In this document: piece by piece, positions 32,086-41,782 of the stretch
Layout: the number at the start of each line of letters is the position of its first letter
Position numbering within the stretch: the stretch's first letter is position 1
Source: a virus
Reading direction: 5' to 3' (one strand)
Virus record (IMG/VR): IMGVR_UViG_3300045988_116135
Length of the DNA: 60,409 nucleotides
Notes under the pieces: model-generated
The model's input: only the letters and a program-made list of their open reading frames with translations
Database searches by the model: none
What the model was told of the DNA's origin: nothing
Translations under genes and position numbers: made by a program

Positions 32086-35000
32086 TGGCAAAACTAAATT
32101 TCGAGGTCGATGCCGATCTACAGAAACTTATAAATCTTCGAAAGGAGGTGGAGGAGTTGAAATCCGCCTTGAAGGATTTCGATGTATCTACAGATACCAA
32201 GGGATTTGACGATTTAAACCGGAAATACGAGGAGGCGACACGGAAACTAAAGGACTATGAGCAGCAGATGCAGAATTATCAAAGGGTAATAGAGCAGCTT
32301 AAGGTCTCTAATGGTATTATTGATGGGGCTCGTCAGATAACAGAAGAATTGAATAACGCTACCGATGTGTTTGTCGAGCAACAACTAAAGGTTAAAGGCC
32401 TAAGTGACGAGATCAAAAAACTCAATAAGTCTTACTTGTCTCTCTCGGATGCGGATAAAAATTCCCAGAAGGGATCTAATATATTAACCGACCTGAAGGA
32501 GAAGACCCGGCAGCACGCTTTAGAGAACGAGGCCCTGAAGAGGCTAAGGAAGGAATATTCGGACAATATCAAGATCGAGGGAGCCGCCTCGGATTCCCTC
32601 GTAGCGTTGAGAAAGCAATTGTCGTTGCTTAATGCCGAGTATGACCGCCTTTCCGCTACGGATAGGAAAGCGACCGTAGGGACTAACCTGCAAAAACAGA
32701 TACAGGCCTTGAATACGGAGATTAGTTCGGCGGAGCAAGCTACCGGACGATATCAACGGAACGTCGGCAATTACGCCAGTAGTTGGAACGGATTGAGCGT
32801 GTCGGTTCAACAGGTCGCAAGGGAGTTGCCTTCCCTTGCTGTTGGCTGGAATACATTCTTTTTGGCTATATCCAATAACTTGCCGATGCTTGCCGATGAG
32901 CTGAAGAAAGCCGCTGCGGAGTATAAGGCGTTCAAGATGGCTGTAGCGGCAGGAAATAATGACGTGGCAAAAGTGGCTCCTGTCTGGAAGCAGTTGATAA
33001 CATCTATTTTCAGCTGGCAAACGGCCTTGGTTGCGGCGATAACGCTTTTATCTGTCTATGGGAAGGATATTATCGAATGGACGAAAAAATTATTTGGAGC
33101 AGGCGAGGCTATAAAAAATACAAAGCAGCTACAAGATGAGCTAAACCAATCTTTTTCTAAAAATTCCGGAGAATTAAGCAAGTTGATTATTCAGTTTAAG
33201 TCATATCAAAGACAGTGGAAAGAACTTGCAGGTAATTTGCAAGAACAGCAGAAATTTATTGAGAAGAATAAAGATGCGTTTGATTCGATGGGGGTTTCGA
33301 TTAAGTCTGTAAGAGATGCTGAGAATTTGTTTGTGGATAATACAGATAATTTCATAAACTCATTGAAATTGCGTGCTCAAGCTACTGCCGCTCAAGATTT
33401 AGCTGCCGAAGAATATAAAAAGGCTATCCAAAAAGAAATAGAGGCAGATAAAATTAGAGAAAAAGCAAGTGAAACTCGTAAAAAACAGGAAATTGACGCA
33501 ACCGGGGTTATACAAGATACTCGTTTTGGTAATATAAAATCTCATCAACAATTAGTAGAAGATAGGGCAAAAAGTTTTGATCATGAAGCGGAAGCTGTAG
33601 ATAGAGACGCACAAGCCTTGAAGCGGAATGCGGACGCTTATTTTGAACTTGGTAAGGCAAAAGAACAGGCGGCTGATGATCTTCTTTCTAGTTCAGGCAT
33701 TGAAAAGTACGATAAATACGAAGAAGATAGACTTAAAAAAGCTCAACAAGAAACAGAAAGACAAAAGAAAGAGGCTGAAAAACAAAAAGAAATACAAGAG
33801 CGTGTTAATCAGCAATTACTTGATCTCCAAAATAAGAACCAGCAATCTAGGATAAATCTTATGGAGGAAGGATCCGATAAGCGCATCGCCCAAATAGAAT
33901 ATGATTACGATCGTGAAATAGAGGCTATCCGTAAGAGGGAGAAAGAGTGGCGTGAGGCTCAAGGGGGAAAACTCACGCAAGAACAAACGGTTGAAATAAA
34001 AACAGCCATTACGCAGGCTCAGGCTACCCGTATGCGGTCCACGCAAGAAGTAGAGAACGAGCAGATCGAGGCTCAACGTAAAGCCATGAATGATTATCTT
34101 AAGGAATATGGCACTTATCAAGACAAAAAAATGGCACTCGCCGCCGAATACGGGCAAAAAATAGCGTTTGCCGAGACCGAGGGGGAGAAATTGATACTCG
34201 GGAAGGAATGGGATAAGCAGCTTTCCGACCTTGAGATAAAAAGTGGCAATACCGCCAATGCCATAATCGCTCTTTTTGGAGACATGAAGGACAAGACTCT
34301 AAAGGAGTTGATAGAGATATCCACCAAGGGAAAGGAGGCCTTGGAGTTTCTTAAGTCCGGAGAATGGGATGAATCAAAAGGCAAGGGATTAGGCATAACG
34401 CAGGAACAATTCGATCTTTGGTCTGATATGCCTGAAATAATGGATAGGGCAGGGAAAAGCGTTGAGAGCACCAACGAGAAGGTCGATGAGTTGCGACCCG
34501 CTTTTGACAAGGTGACAGAAGGAGTGAGGCGATTCTTTGCCGCTGGTGACGACCCCAAAAAACTGACGGAATCATTACAGCTCATTAATGAGGGTGTAAA
34601 TGAAGTTATGACCTCTGTTCAATTCTTGTCTACTTCATTTCGAAAACTAAGCGAGTCTATTGATATAAATGCTATTGAAGAAGTTGCGGATGGGTTTGAG
34701 ACTATATTTGATTCTATATCATCAGGAATGGAGGGGGCTATTTCTGGGGAAAAGTTTGGTGAGCTAGCTGCTTCTATAGGAAAAAAACTGGGTGTTATAG
34801 GAGAAAAAGCTGCGTCTTTATTTGGCCCTATAGGAACCGCCGCTGGTGCTGCTATTGGGGTAGTGACCTCTCTAGCGTCCTCTATCGCTAAGATCCATGA
34901 CAAAAAGAACGAGAAACGTATACAGAGATTACAAGACCAGATCGATGTGTTGGATGCCTCGTATGAGAAGCTAGGCCGTTCCATAGAAAAGGCTTATTCT

Positions 35001-35864
35001 ACGGACGCTTCTAAGCTCATAAACCAGCAAAATAAATTGCTAGAGCAGCAAAAAGTGATCATCCAACAACAAATCGAGGAGGAAAGGAACAAGAAAAAGA
35101 CCGACGATGACCGGATCAAGGATTGGCAAAAGCAATTGGAGGATATCAACGCTCAATTGGAGGACAATAAGGAGAAAGCTGTAGAGGCTATAACAGGAAC
35201 CGATGTCATGTCCGCTATTGACGAGTTCGCCCAAGCGTATTCGGAGGCGTGGGCTACAGGAACTGATGCGGCAGAGGCTTCGACTAAGATTGTCCAAAAT
35301 TTGATCAAGACGGCTATCATTGAGTTCTTGAAGAAGAAATTATCCCCTTCCGTAGAGGAATTCATGAAGAAACTGGCCGATTATATGTCCGATGGTATCG
35401 TTTCGCCTTGGGAAGAAGCGGAGTTGAACAAGTTGAAGGAAAAAATGGACGCTGAGGCCCAGAAGGTCTTCGACACGTCAAGCAAGTATTTCCAAGAGGA
35501 TAAAAATGATAAATATGAGCAGACCGCTACATCCGGAGGTTTCGAGAAGATGTCTCAAGATAGCGCCGATGAGTTAAATGGCCGTTTCACCGCCCTGCAA
35601 ATGACAGGGGAGGAGATACTGTTGTTCTTGCAAGGCTCCGAGCAATTCTTGAGCCTCTTGTATATAAAGGCCAGTATGGACGTGATATCTGTAAAGATAG
35701 CCTCGTTGTATGACGTGGCGGATGAGACTAGGACGATGATCGCCAGTATCTATATAGAGTTACAGCAGATCAATGATAATACCGCTATTAGCGCAAAATA
35801 TTTGAAAGATATAAAATCTGATATAGCTGTAGTTAAAAAGAACACAGAAGGATTGGCGCCTTAA
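32085..35864 (+). CDS. Tape measure protein
   Basis: 1259 aa, long coiled coils plus hydrophobic segments (WNTFFLAISNNLPML.., ALVAAITLLSVYG). Confidence 0.9.
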   Translation: MAKLNFEVDADLQKLINLRKEVEELKSALKDFDVSTDTKGFDDLNRKYEEATRKLKDYEQQMQNYQRVIEQLKVSNGIIDGARQITEELNNATDVFVEQQLKVKGLSDEIKKLNKSYLSLSDADKNSQKGSNILTDLKEKTRQHALENEALKRLRKEYSDNIKIEGAASDSLVALRKQLSLLNAEYDRLSATDRKATVGTNLQKQIQALNTEISSAEQATGRYQRNVGNYASSWNGLSVSVQQVARELPSLAVGWNTFFLAISNNLPMLADELKKAAAEYKAFKMAVAAGNNDVAKVAPVWKQLITSIFSWQTALVAAITLLSVYGKDIIEWTKKLFGAGEAIKNTKQLQDELNQSFSKNSGELSKLIIQFKSYQRQWKELAGNLQEQQKFIEKNKDAFDSMGVSIKSVRDAENLFVDNTDNFINSLKLRAQATAAQDLAAEEYKKAIQKEIEADKIREKASETRKKQEIDATGVIQDTRFGNIKSHQQLVEDRAKSFDHEAEAVDRDAQALKRNADAYFELGKAKEQAADDLLSSSGIEKYDKYEEDRLKKAQQETERQKKEAEKQKEIQERVNQQLLDLQNKNQQSRINLMEEGSDKRIAQIEYDYDREIEAIRKREKEWREAQGGKLTQEQTVEIKTAITQAQATRMRSTQEVENEQIEAQRKAMNDYLKEYGTYQDKKMALAAEYGQKIAFAETEGEKLILGKEWDKQLSDLEIKSGNTANAIIALFGDMKDKTLKELIEISTKGKEALEFLKSGEWDESKGKGLGITQEQFDLWSDMPEIMDRAGKSVESTNEKVDELRPAFDKVTEGVRRFFAAGDDPKKLTESLQLINEGVNEVMTSVQFLSTSFRKLSESIDINAIEEVADGFETIFDSISSGMEGAISGEKFGELAASIGKKLGVIGEKAASLFGPIGTAAGAAIGVVTSLASSIAKIHDKKNEKRIQRLQDQIDVLDASYEKLGRSIEKAYSTDASKLINQQNKLLEQQKVIIQQQIEEERNKKKTDDDRIKDWQKQLEDINAQLEDNKEKAVEAITGTDVMSAIDEFAQAYSEAWATGTDAAEASTKIVQNLIKTAIIEFLKKKLSPSVEEFMKKLADYMSDGIVSPWEEAELNKLKEKMDAEAQKVFDTSSKYFQEDKNDKYEQTATSGGFEKMSQDSADELNGRFTALQMTGEEILLFLQGSEQFLSLLYIKASMDVISVKIASLYDVADETRTMIASIYIELQQINDNTAISAKYLKDIKSDIAVVKKNTEGLAP

Positions 35865-35880
35865 ATATACCAATCCTTCT
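35846..35880. terminator. Bidirectional hairpin spanning the tape measure stop codon
   Basis: AGAAGGATTGG-13 nt-CCAATCCTTCT, with a T-rich tract on the minus-strand side. Confidence 0.5.
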
Positions 35881-35888
35881 GTATATTG

Positions 35889-36086
35889 TCACTTTTTATC
35901 GAAAGAAAGTACAGTCTTTTCATGTATACCATTTTCATTAAAGAAATGGTCTATTGAAGACAAGACATATTCTTGATTTTTAAAATGAAAAATGGCACCA
36001 TTTTTCGTATATGCCATAAATCTAGTCGTGCTGTACTCTTTTTCGACAGATTGATCACCAAATTGAAAAACTAAAATTGTGTCCAT
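35889..36086 (-). CDS. Small antisense-oriented gene (65 aa from ATG 36086) inside the tail module
   Basis: MDTILVFQFGDQSVEKEYSTTRFMAYTKNGAIFHFKNQEYVLSS... Convergent with the tape measure gene. Confidence 0.4.
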   Translation of the reverse strand: MDTILVFQFGDQSVEKEYSTTRFMAYTKNGAIFHFKNQEYVLSSIDHFFNENGIHEKTVLSFDKK

Positions 36087-36132
36087 GATTAATTGAATTA
36101 AATAATACGCTAATATACTAAAATAGTTTGAT

Positions 36133-36555
36133 ATGGAAGTAAGAGATGTAACAAGGAAAGCTATAAAAATAGGGGCTTGCAGTGAATCAGGCAAGGCCAC
36201 TGACTGGAAGAGCCTATGTTGGCTGTTTTTTTCCCCGCAAGGGCGGGAGTTTTGCGAGGAGAATAATTATCCCTCGTTGGATTTATTTAGAGGCATGGCT
36301 AAAAACATAGCTCCCTACGGGATATACGTGGATCGTGATCTAATTGAGCTTCACAATAAAACAAACGTAGGTGTGATAGGTAATACCGTGGCGTATTTGA
36401 GTTATGACGATAACACGAGGGTGCATAAGGTGATCTTGATGCACGGGGGCAAGGCCAAGATAGAGGCCGGGAACTACTCCGTGATATTGCTTGTCAATAT
36501 CGGGGGATGCGAGGTGGAGATTATTAACGACGGAACGGCAAGGATATTATGTTAG
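36133..36555 (+). CDS. Hypothetical tail-module protein (140 aa)
   Basis: ATG ORF. Confidence 0.55.
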   Translation: MEVRDVTRKAIKIGACSESGKATDWKSLCWLFFSPQGREFCEENNYPSLDLFRGMAKNIAPYGIYVDRDLIELHNKTNVGVIGNTVAYLSYDDNTRVHKVILMHGGKAKIEAGNYSVILLVNIGGCEVEIINDGTARILC

Positions 36556-36962
36556 GGGATCTATATATTAACGGGAATGACGCATGGGGCACGTATCGTG
36601 TCGCCATGGGAGAGGGTTTTATCCAGACCTTGCTAACCCCAGCGGGAAACAAGGATTTCATAGAGAACGAGAGCCGGTTGGAAAACGGGAAGAGGGTCGT
36701 GTTCAATAATCCCAAGGTGGCTAGCCGGGATCTTACCCTTACGTTCAATATACACGGTGATACGCAAGAGGAATATTTGCTGAATTATAAGGCGTTCGTG
36801 GCTGTCCTTCAACAAGGCAAGGTCGTGTTGCGTGTTCCGGATCTTGGTATGACATTTACCCTTGTCCATAAGAGATCATCAAGCTTTGCCTTGGATCGTA
36901 ATAGGCTGAATAGTAGGCTTTCCGTTAAGTTCGAGGAGCCTGATCCTACGTCAAGAGGATGA
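36549..36962 (+). CDS. Distal tail protein-like (by position)
   Basis: 137 aa after the tape measure. GDLYINGNDAWGTYRV..RDLTLTFNIHG. Confidence 0.45.
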   Translation: MLGDLYINGNDAWGTYRVAMGEGFIQTLLTPAGNKDFIENESRLENGKRVVFNNPKVASRDLTLTFNIHGDTQEEYLLNYKAFVAVLQQGKVVLRVPDLGMTFTLVHKRSSSFALDRNRLNSRLSVKFEEPDPTSRG

Positions 36963-37003
36963 TAAAAAGCCGTCCGGCCCTTATTGGCTAGACGGCTTTT
37001 TCC

Positions 37004-37255
37004 TCATTGCGCTAAAAGATGCGTGTTTAACGATCGAAGGTCGAATCTTCCCGGCTTTGACCTTCCGTTGTTGTACACCGAAACAGTCATGCTTGGCTTG
37101 GGGTTGGTCTCTCTAAATCCGCAAGCCCTCTCCAGCTCATCGATCAACCTCTCCATCTTGATGGATTGCCGGTTGAATCGCTCCATCGCTTTCTTATCCT
37201 CCCTTGATATCAAGGCTATGTCGCTGAGTATTTTATTTATATCTTTCATATTCAT
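37004..37255 (-). CDS. Hypothetical protein (83 aa)
   Basis: ATG ORF in the accessory island. Confidence 0.5.
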   Translation of the reverse strand: MNMKDINKILSDIALISREDKKAMERFNRQSIKMERLIDELERACGFRETNPKPSMTVSVYNNGRSKPGRFDLRSLNTHLLAQ

Positions 37256-37385
37256 CTAGTTTTAAATCATTGCATCTATTCACTAATTGTCATGGAATTG
37301 GCTGTACGTCCTTACGCCGTACCTATATAATCCACTTGGCACTGATTGTTGGATCATAGTTAAGGTTTGGGGATGCTTAATCTAA

Positions 37386-37748
37386 TCATAGGTTATCTTC
37401 TAAGTATCTATTGATATAGTCTCGTAGTTTTATTACATCTTTTTTTGAGGAAAGAACGATTCCTACCTCTTTTTCACATATATTGTCGCATACTGCAATA
37501 AATAATGCAGTGTTTTCAGGATTAATACTCTTGTGCCCTTTTTTGTCTATGCCGTATACATATGATTTTTGCATTTCAATAATAGCTCCATCATCTGAAT
37601 TGACTGAAACGGTTTTGTACTTGCCTTCCCACTCTTTGACTTCTTTTAGTGTCATATCTTCCGTCTGGATAAATCTAAGATTACCTTTACTCGCTAAATA
37701 AGGCATACGGATGATTTTATTTGATCTGTTTCTTCTATGTTTGCTCAT
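37386..37748 (-). CDS. Hypothetical protein (120 aa)
   Basis: ATGA overlap with the KilA-N gene. Confidence 0.55.
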   Translation of the reverse strand: MSKHRRNRSNKIIRMPYLASKGNLRFIQTEDMTLKEVKEWEGKYKTVSVNSDDGAIIEMQKSYVYGIDKKGHKSINPENTALFIAVCDNICEKEVGIVLSSKKDVIKLRDYINRYLEDNL

Positions 37749-38515
37749 CTTTCTATCATTTTAATTTGTTTATTATGTTCCATGACTGCATTGGCTACGA
37801 TCTTGGATGCTTTTCCGCTAGCCAATTCACATTTTCCGTTACCTCTTAGATCATTCTTCTCGATGTCCTCGGAGGCTAAAGCTTCCGCAAGGCCCACTGC
37901 CATCAACTCAGCTATGCTCATATGATCTCTTATGTTCGCTGTTTTGGGAAGATTCTTCTTCTCACGTATTACATTTGTACCACCGCCATACAAATGACTA
38001 TATATAGCATTTGTACAATTGCGGAAACCTTCACGTTCCACGCCATGAGAAGCTAGTGTACTAGTAAATGCGCTACGGGATATTTTACCTTGAATCCTTT
38101 GAGCAATCCATCGCTCATTTTTACCTTTTCTTTTATATGTGTTTATGGCACGATCAACGATCAAATCGGGATTCTTCTCTTCTTCTACACTTTGAAAGAA
38201 AACCTCGTTAACCAATACGCCTAAATCTGCATCTAGATATTGAGCGTATTCAAGAACTACGTGCTTAATACCGTAAGTACCACCACCTTTACCTCTTTTG
38301 GATTTTATAATGTGTGAAAATCCCACATTTAAAATCTTACTTACAGACTTTAAATATTCTTCTGCTTGAGGTAGTCTTTGCCATTGTCTAGGATCTTTGT
38401 TCTGTGGACTTCCAGCCAAGATCCATAGGTCGTTCAGGGAAAATTTATCTCCGTCTCTGCCGATTTTTTCTAAAATATTAGCATCATATTTTGCTAATTC
38501 ATTTTTATTTTTCAT
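37745..38515 (-). CDS. KilA-N domain protein
   Basis: FSLNDLWILAGSPQNKDPRQWQRLPQAEEYL..KRGKGGGTYGIKHVVLEYAQYLDADLGVLV. Confidence 0.75.
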   Translation of the reverse strand: MKNKNELAKYDANILEKIGRDGDKFSLNDLWILAGSPQNKDPRQWQRLPQAEEYLKSVSKILNVGFSHIIKSKRGKGGGTYGIKHVVLEYAQYLDADLGVLVNEVFFQSVEEEKNPDLIVDRAINTYKRKGKNERWIAQRIQGKISRSAFTSTLASHGVEREGFRNCTNAIYSHLYGGGTNVIREKKNLPKTANIRDHMSIAELMAVGLAEALASEDIEKNDLRGNGKCELASGKASKIVANAVMEHNKQIKMIER

Positions 38516-38599
38516 AACTTTGTGCAGTTATAAAGGTTAATATTATCCTCATTGGTAGCTCGGTCAAGCACTACCTTTGAGGATTTTATTTTGACCGAA

Positions 38600-38641
38600 G
38601 TGGTAGCCGGGGACTTGAACCCCGGTGTATTCCGTCCTACC
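38600..38641 (-). pseudogene. tRNA 3'-half-like minihelix (T arm plus acceptor strand), related to 14389..14414
   Basis: GGTAG-GACGGAATACA-CCGGGG-TTCAAGT-CCCCGG-CTACC-AC. It shares GTGGTAGCCGGGG(A)ACT(C/T)GAACCCC with the 14.4-kb element. Confidence 0.4.
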
Positions 38642-38859
38642 TGCTTATTACCAGTCTCGCTTGACAAGGTAAAAAGCGAAGGGCAAAGATTGAAGTTGCC
38701 TATTGTGACGGTCTGCAACTGGAATCAATGCCCTTAAATATCTTCTTTCGCTACCGTCACGTGAGCGATCATTTTCATATCACAAAATTATATATGACAA
38801 AATCCGTGGCCTATTTTTTCAAGGCTCGAAAAACCACAATGGAGCTATTGTTGTAAAAT

Positions 38860-38883
38860 CCCTCCGGCCGTATTACCGGAGGG
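38860..38883 (-). terminator. Hairpin CCCTCCGG-8 nt-CCGGAGGG after 38918..39175
   Basis: On the minus strand it is followed by ATTTTAC. Confidence 0.5.
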
Positions 38884-38917
38884 GCATCTACTTCCGATCC
38901 TCTCCCCGTCGTTCGAG

Positions 38918-39175
38918 TTATCCCGCAAGCCTGCAAGTCATGTCGCTAATTACGCTCATGAACCTATCGTAGGTCTTTTTATTCCATTCCTTGTGATCCG
39001 GCATCCAGTCATTGAATATCTCCATGTAGACCACCTCGTGAAATCTGTCCTGTACGGTGACGCATAAACCGCCCGTCTCCGGCATTACGCCTACGTTTAT
39101 ATGTACCGGTTTCTTTCCGATCATACACTCCAACGCAATCCTTTGTACGTTCTTCAATACCTCTATCGTTTCCAT
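38918..39175 (-). CDS. Hypothetical protein (85 aa)
   Basis: ATG ORF. Confidence 0.5.
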   Translation of the reverse strand: METIEVLKNVQRIALECMIGKKPVHINVGVMPETGGLCVTVQDRFHEVVYMEIFNDWMPDHKEWNKKTYDRFMSVISDMTCRLAG

Positions 39176-39201
39176 ATCCTTATATTATTAATGTATAGTT
39201 A

Positions 39202-39465
39202 TCAATCACCCGAATAAACCCTGTTACCGTAAAGGCTAGCCATACCGACATGAGATAAGACAACATGCTTGCGATACTCGATGCGTCTAGCTTCTTCCTC
39301 TGCCAATCTCTTGGCCTTGGCCTCATTATTTTTTATCTCTATCTTGGCATTATCCCATGCTATAGAAAGGCACTTGCCAAAAGACCAAGAGAATTTTCGG
39401 TAAAGTCTGAATAATCTCCATGCGTCTTTCATGATCTCACTCTTGTTGTATTTCTGTGTTGCCAT
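39202..39465 (-). CDS. Hypothetical protein (87 aa)
   Basis: ATG ORF. Confidence 0.5.
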   Translation of the reverse strand: MATQKYNKSEIMKDAWRLFRLYRKFSWSFGKCLSIAWDNAKIEIKNNEAKAKRLAEEEARRIEYRKHVVLSHVGMASLYGNRVYSGD

Positions 39466-39497
39466 TGTACTGTTGTTTTATTTTGATGATGCAAAAG

Positions 39498-39603
39498 TAA
39501 ACCTATTTTCTTTACTAAACAATAAAAAGTAAAGAAAATGCGATTATTTAAGACACTTTAATAAACCTATTTTCTTTACAACTACATAATAAGACTATAT
39601 TTG
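39498..39603. promoter_or_regulatory. Divergent intergenic control region with 18-nt perfect direct repeats, an inverted half-site and a -7 box
   Basis: TAAACCTATTTTCTTTAC occurs at 39498-39515 and 39562-39579. The inverted half-site GTAAAGAAAAT is at 39529-39539. TATATTTG is at 39596-39603. Confidence 0.55.
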
Positions 39604-39617
39604 CATAAAAAATATTT

Positions 39618-39929
39618 ATGACAGAAAATACAGATATTTTCAAATTAAGGATAAAGGATATTCTTTCGGATAAGAATATGACGTCAAAAGAACTTGCAGA
39701 TAGAATGGGCAAGGCTCCTCAGTATATTAGCAATATAATAAATGGCGGCAAGGGGGTTTCTATACCTACACTAATTGAGATTGCTAAATATCTTGACGTA
39801 GAGTTTAGGGATTTGTTTGCGTCAACAAGACAAACTGATGCAGAAGTAATTGGAGCTGTCCGAATAGGCAACATCACCCATGTAATCAATAGCAAGGAAG
39901 ATATTAAGAAGTTAGCAGAAAAGTTGTAA
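39618..39929 (+). CDS. XRE-family HTH regulator
   Basis: MTSKELADRMGKAPQYISNIINGGKGVSIPTLIEIAKYLDVEFRDLF. Confidence 0.8.
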   Translation: MTENTDIFKLRIKDILSDKNMTSKELADRMGKAPQYISNIINGGKGVSIPTLIEIAKYLDVEFRDLFASTRQTDAEVIGAVRIGNITHVINSKEDIKKLAEKL

Positions 39930-39943
39930 TTTATTTAGATACT

Positions 39944-40570
39944 ATGTTCGACTACGATTTATTAGAAAAGTGCTGTGTATATAAAAATAATACACTCACA
40001 TGGTTCACAGAAGAAGTACATCCAGTTGTTTACATGCTAAAAATTGGAGATGATAATTATATAGGCTCAACTTGGAACTTAAAAAACAGGGTAAATAATT
40101 ATATTACCGCACTTCCCAAAGGCGAATATAATGCAAAATCTGTTCAAAACGCATATAACAGGAATCAATCTATTATCGTATACATAATTGAGAGAATTAT
40201 AATAGGAGACATAAGAGTTCGAGAACAATTCTATATAAATCTTATAAATCCGACATTAAACACATTTAAAACAACAAGTACAACGAAGTTAGATTTTATG
40301 GAAAATCATATTCAAAATGGATTTTTTCAGCTAAGAACTAACGAATGCCTTAAACAGCATCATATATCTCCTAATACAGTTGCTGAAAAATTAGGGATGT
40401 CTGCTTATATGTTTAATAAAAAAATGCAATATCCGACACATGATTTCCTTTATAAAGTAGCAAGAACAATGGATATACCATTTATAGATTTTTTCACAAA
40501 TGAGCCATATTATCCACAAGGTGTTTATTTTAAAATTGATGGGAAAGTTTACAAAGCAACTGCTGAATAA
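39944..40570 (+). CDS. GIY-YIG nuclease fused to a C-terminal HTH
   Basis: VVYMLKIGDDNYIGSTWNLKNRVNNY..REQFYINLINPTLN fits GIY..YIG..R..E..N. The C-terminus reads ISPNTVAEKLGMSAYMFNKK..ARTMDIPFIDFF. Confidence 0.65.
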   Translation: MFDYDLLEKCCVYKNNTLTWFTEEVHPVVYMLKIGDDNYIGSTWNLKNRVNNYITALPKGEYNAKSVQNAYNRNQSIIVYIIERIIIGDIRVREQFYINLINPTLNTFKTTSTTKLDFMENHIQNGFFQLRTNECLKQHHISPNTVAEKLGMSAYMFNKKMQYPTHDFLYKVARTMDIPFIDFFTNEPYYPQGVYFKIDGKVYKATAE

Positions 40571-40575
40571 GAATC

Positions 40576-40698
40576 ATGGATGCAATAGGCTGTCCAATAA
40601 CAGAACTCTTCGCATCCCCTTCCGAAGTACAAAAAGAGACCGATGGTGGGTATAAATGTCCTAACTGCGGGCATCCATTGAAGATAAAGGTGGAATGA
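40576..40698 (+). CDS. Possible zinc-ribbon miniprotein (40 aa)
   Basis: Hand-translated as MDAIGCPITELFASPSEVQKETDGGYKCPNCGHPLKIKVE. Confidence 0.3.
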   Translation: MDAIGCPITELFASPSEVQKETDGGYKCPNCGHPLKIKVE

Positions 40699-40792
40699 TG
40701 TTATCTTCAATGATCTCAAAATAAAAATCATGAAAGTTTGTTTTCTGCATACAATGCACTACCTTTGCGATACAATATAATACAGAAGTAAT

Positions 40793-41035
40793 ATGGAAGC
40801 AGTAATAAGAAAACAAACCTCGTTCCGTTTACGTGAAGACTTGTTGCAAGTCTTGCAGGAGCAAGCCAAGAAAGCGAACAGGAGTTTGAATAATTTTGTA
40901 GAGAGCACCTTGATGGACGCTGTATACTCCGAGCCAAACGAGGAAACGATAGCGGCTATAAGGGAAGCACGCACGACCAAGAATAAAGAAACGTTCGACA
41001 GCGTGGATAGTTTGATGGAGGAATTAATGAAGTGA
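40793..41035 (+). CDS. RHH-type antitoxin (RelB/DinJ-like)
   Basis: TSFRLREDLLQVLQEQAKKANRSLNNFVESTLMDAV. It overlaps the toxin start. Confidence 0.7.
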   Translation: MEAVIRKQTSFRLREDLLQVLQEQAKKANRSLNNFVESTLMDAVYSEPNEETIAAIREARTTKNKETFDSVDSLMEELMK

Positions 41036-41310
41036 AAAAGAAATTACACCCAACAAGCCAGTTTAAGAAAGATTTCAAACGTATTCAGAAATTCCCCAAA
41101 AAAATCGCAGCTTTTGAATATATCGCAAATCTGCTTATAAATGACCATCCGATTCCACAAGAATACAAACCTCACATGTTGAAAGGTGAGTATAAAGGTT
41201 GTATGGAATGCCATATCGAAGGAGATTTTCTTCTTATTTGGATTGACGGAGAAATAATCGACTTGCTTAGAATTGGTAGTCATTCCGAGTTGTTCGGAAA
41301 AAAGAGATAG
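41032..41310 (+). CDS. yafQ: YafQ/RelE-family mRNA interferase toxin
   Basis: SQFKKDFKRI..KPHMLKGEYKGCMECHIEGDFLLIWI..IDLLRIGSHSELF. GTG start overlapping the antitoxin stop. Confidence 0.8.
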   Translation: MKKKLHPTSQFKKDFKRIQKFPKKIAAFEYIANLLINDHPIPQEYKPHMLKGEYKGCMECHIEGDFLLIWIDGEIIDLLRIGSHSELFGKKR

Positions 41311-41322
41311 ATAAGTACAAAT

Positions 41323-41661
41323 ATGAATACATTGACTTACAAAGGCTATATCGGGTCTGTATCTTTTAGCGAGAAGGACAATGTTTTCTTTGGAAAGATA
41401 GAAGGCATTGATGGTCTTGTTAATTTTGAGGGGGAAAGCGTGCGGGAACTTACAACGGCTTTCCACGAGGCTGTAGATGATTATCTGGCGTATTGCGAGG
41501 AAGAGGGGATTGAACCGCATAAGAGCTATTCTGGCTCATTGAACGTTCGTTTATCACCGGAACTTCATAGTAGAGTGGCTGTTCTGGCAAAGCAAGCAGG
41601 CGTTTCTATTAACGCTTTCATAAAAAAAGCCGTGGAAAAGCAAGTTGCTGTAATGTTGTGA
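41323..41661 (+). CDS. hicB: HicB-family antitoxin (with RHH C-terminus), no adjacent HicA
   Basis: TYKGYIGSVSFSEKDNVFFGKIEGIDGLVNFEGESVRELTTAFHEAVDDYLAYCEE..GSLNVRLSPELH. Confidence 0.8.
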   Translation: MNTLTYKGYIGSVSFSEKDNVFFGKIEGIDGLVNFEGESVRELTTAFHEAVDDYLAYCEEEGIEPHKSYSGSLNVRLSPELHSRVAVLAKQAGVSINAFIKKAVEKQVAVML

Positions 41662-41782
41662 ATTATAGAGTTATGAAAATTATATGTTGTAAAATATAAA
41701 TTTTACCCTCCCCTATTTGCATATATTAACAAATAGCTTTATATTTGCAGCAATTTACTAATCATTAAAAAACGTTTTTAAA

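Noticed and set aside
40549-40731. Minus-strand 60-aa ORF between the GIY-YIG gene and the antitoxin gene
   Set aside because: Its orientation opposes the surrounding plus-strand operon and its translation is hydrophobic and junk-like. A plus-strand zinc-ribbon miniORF fits the interval better, though it is also uncertain.
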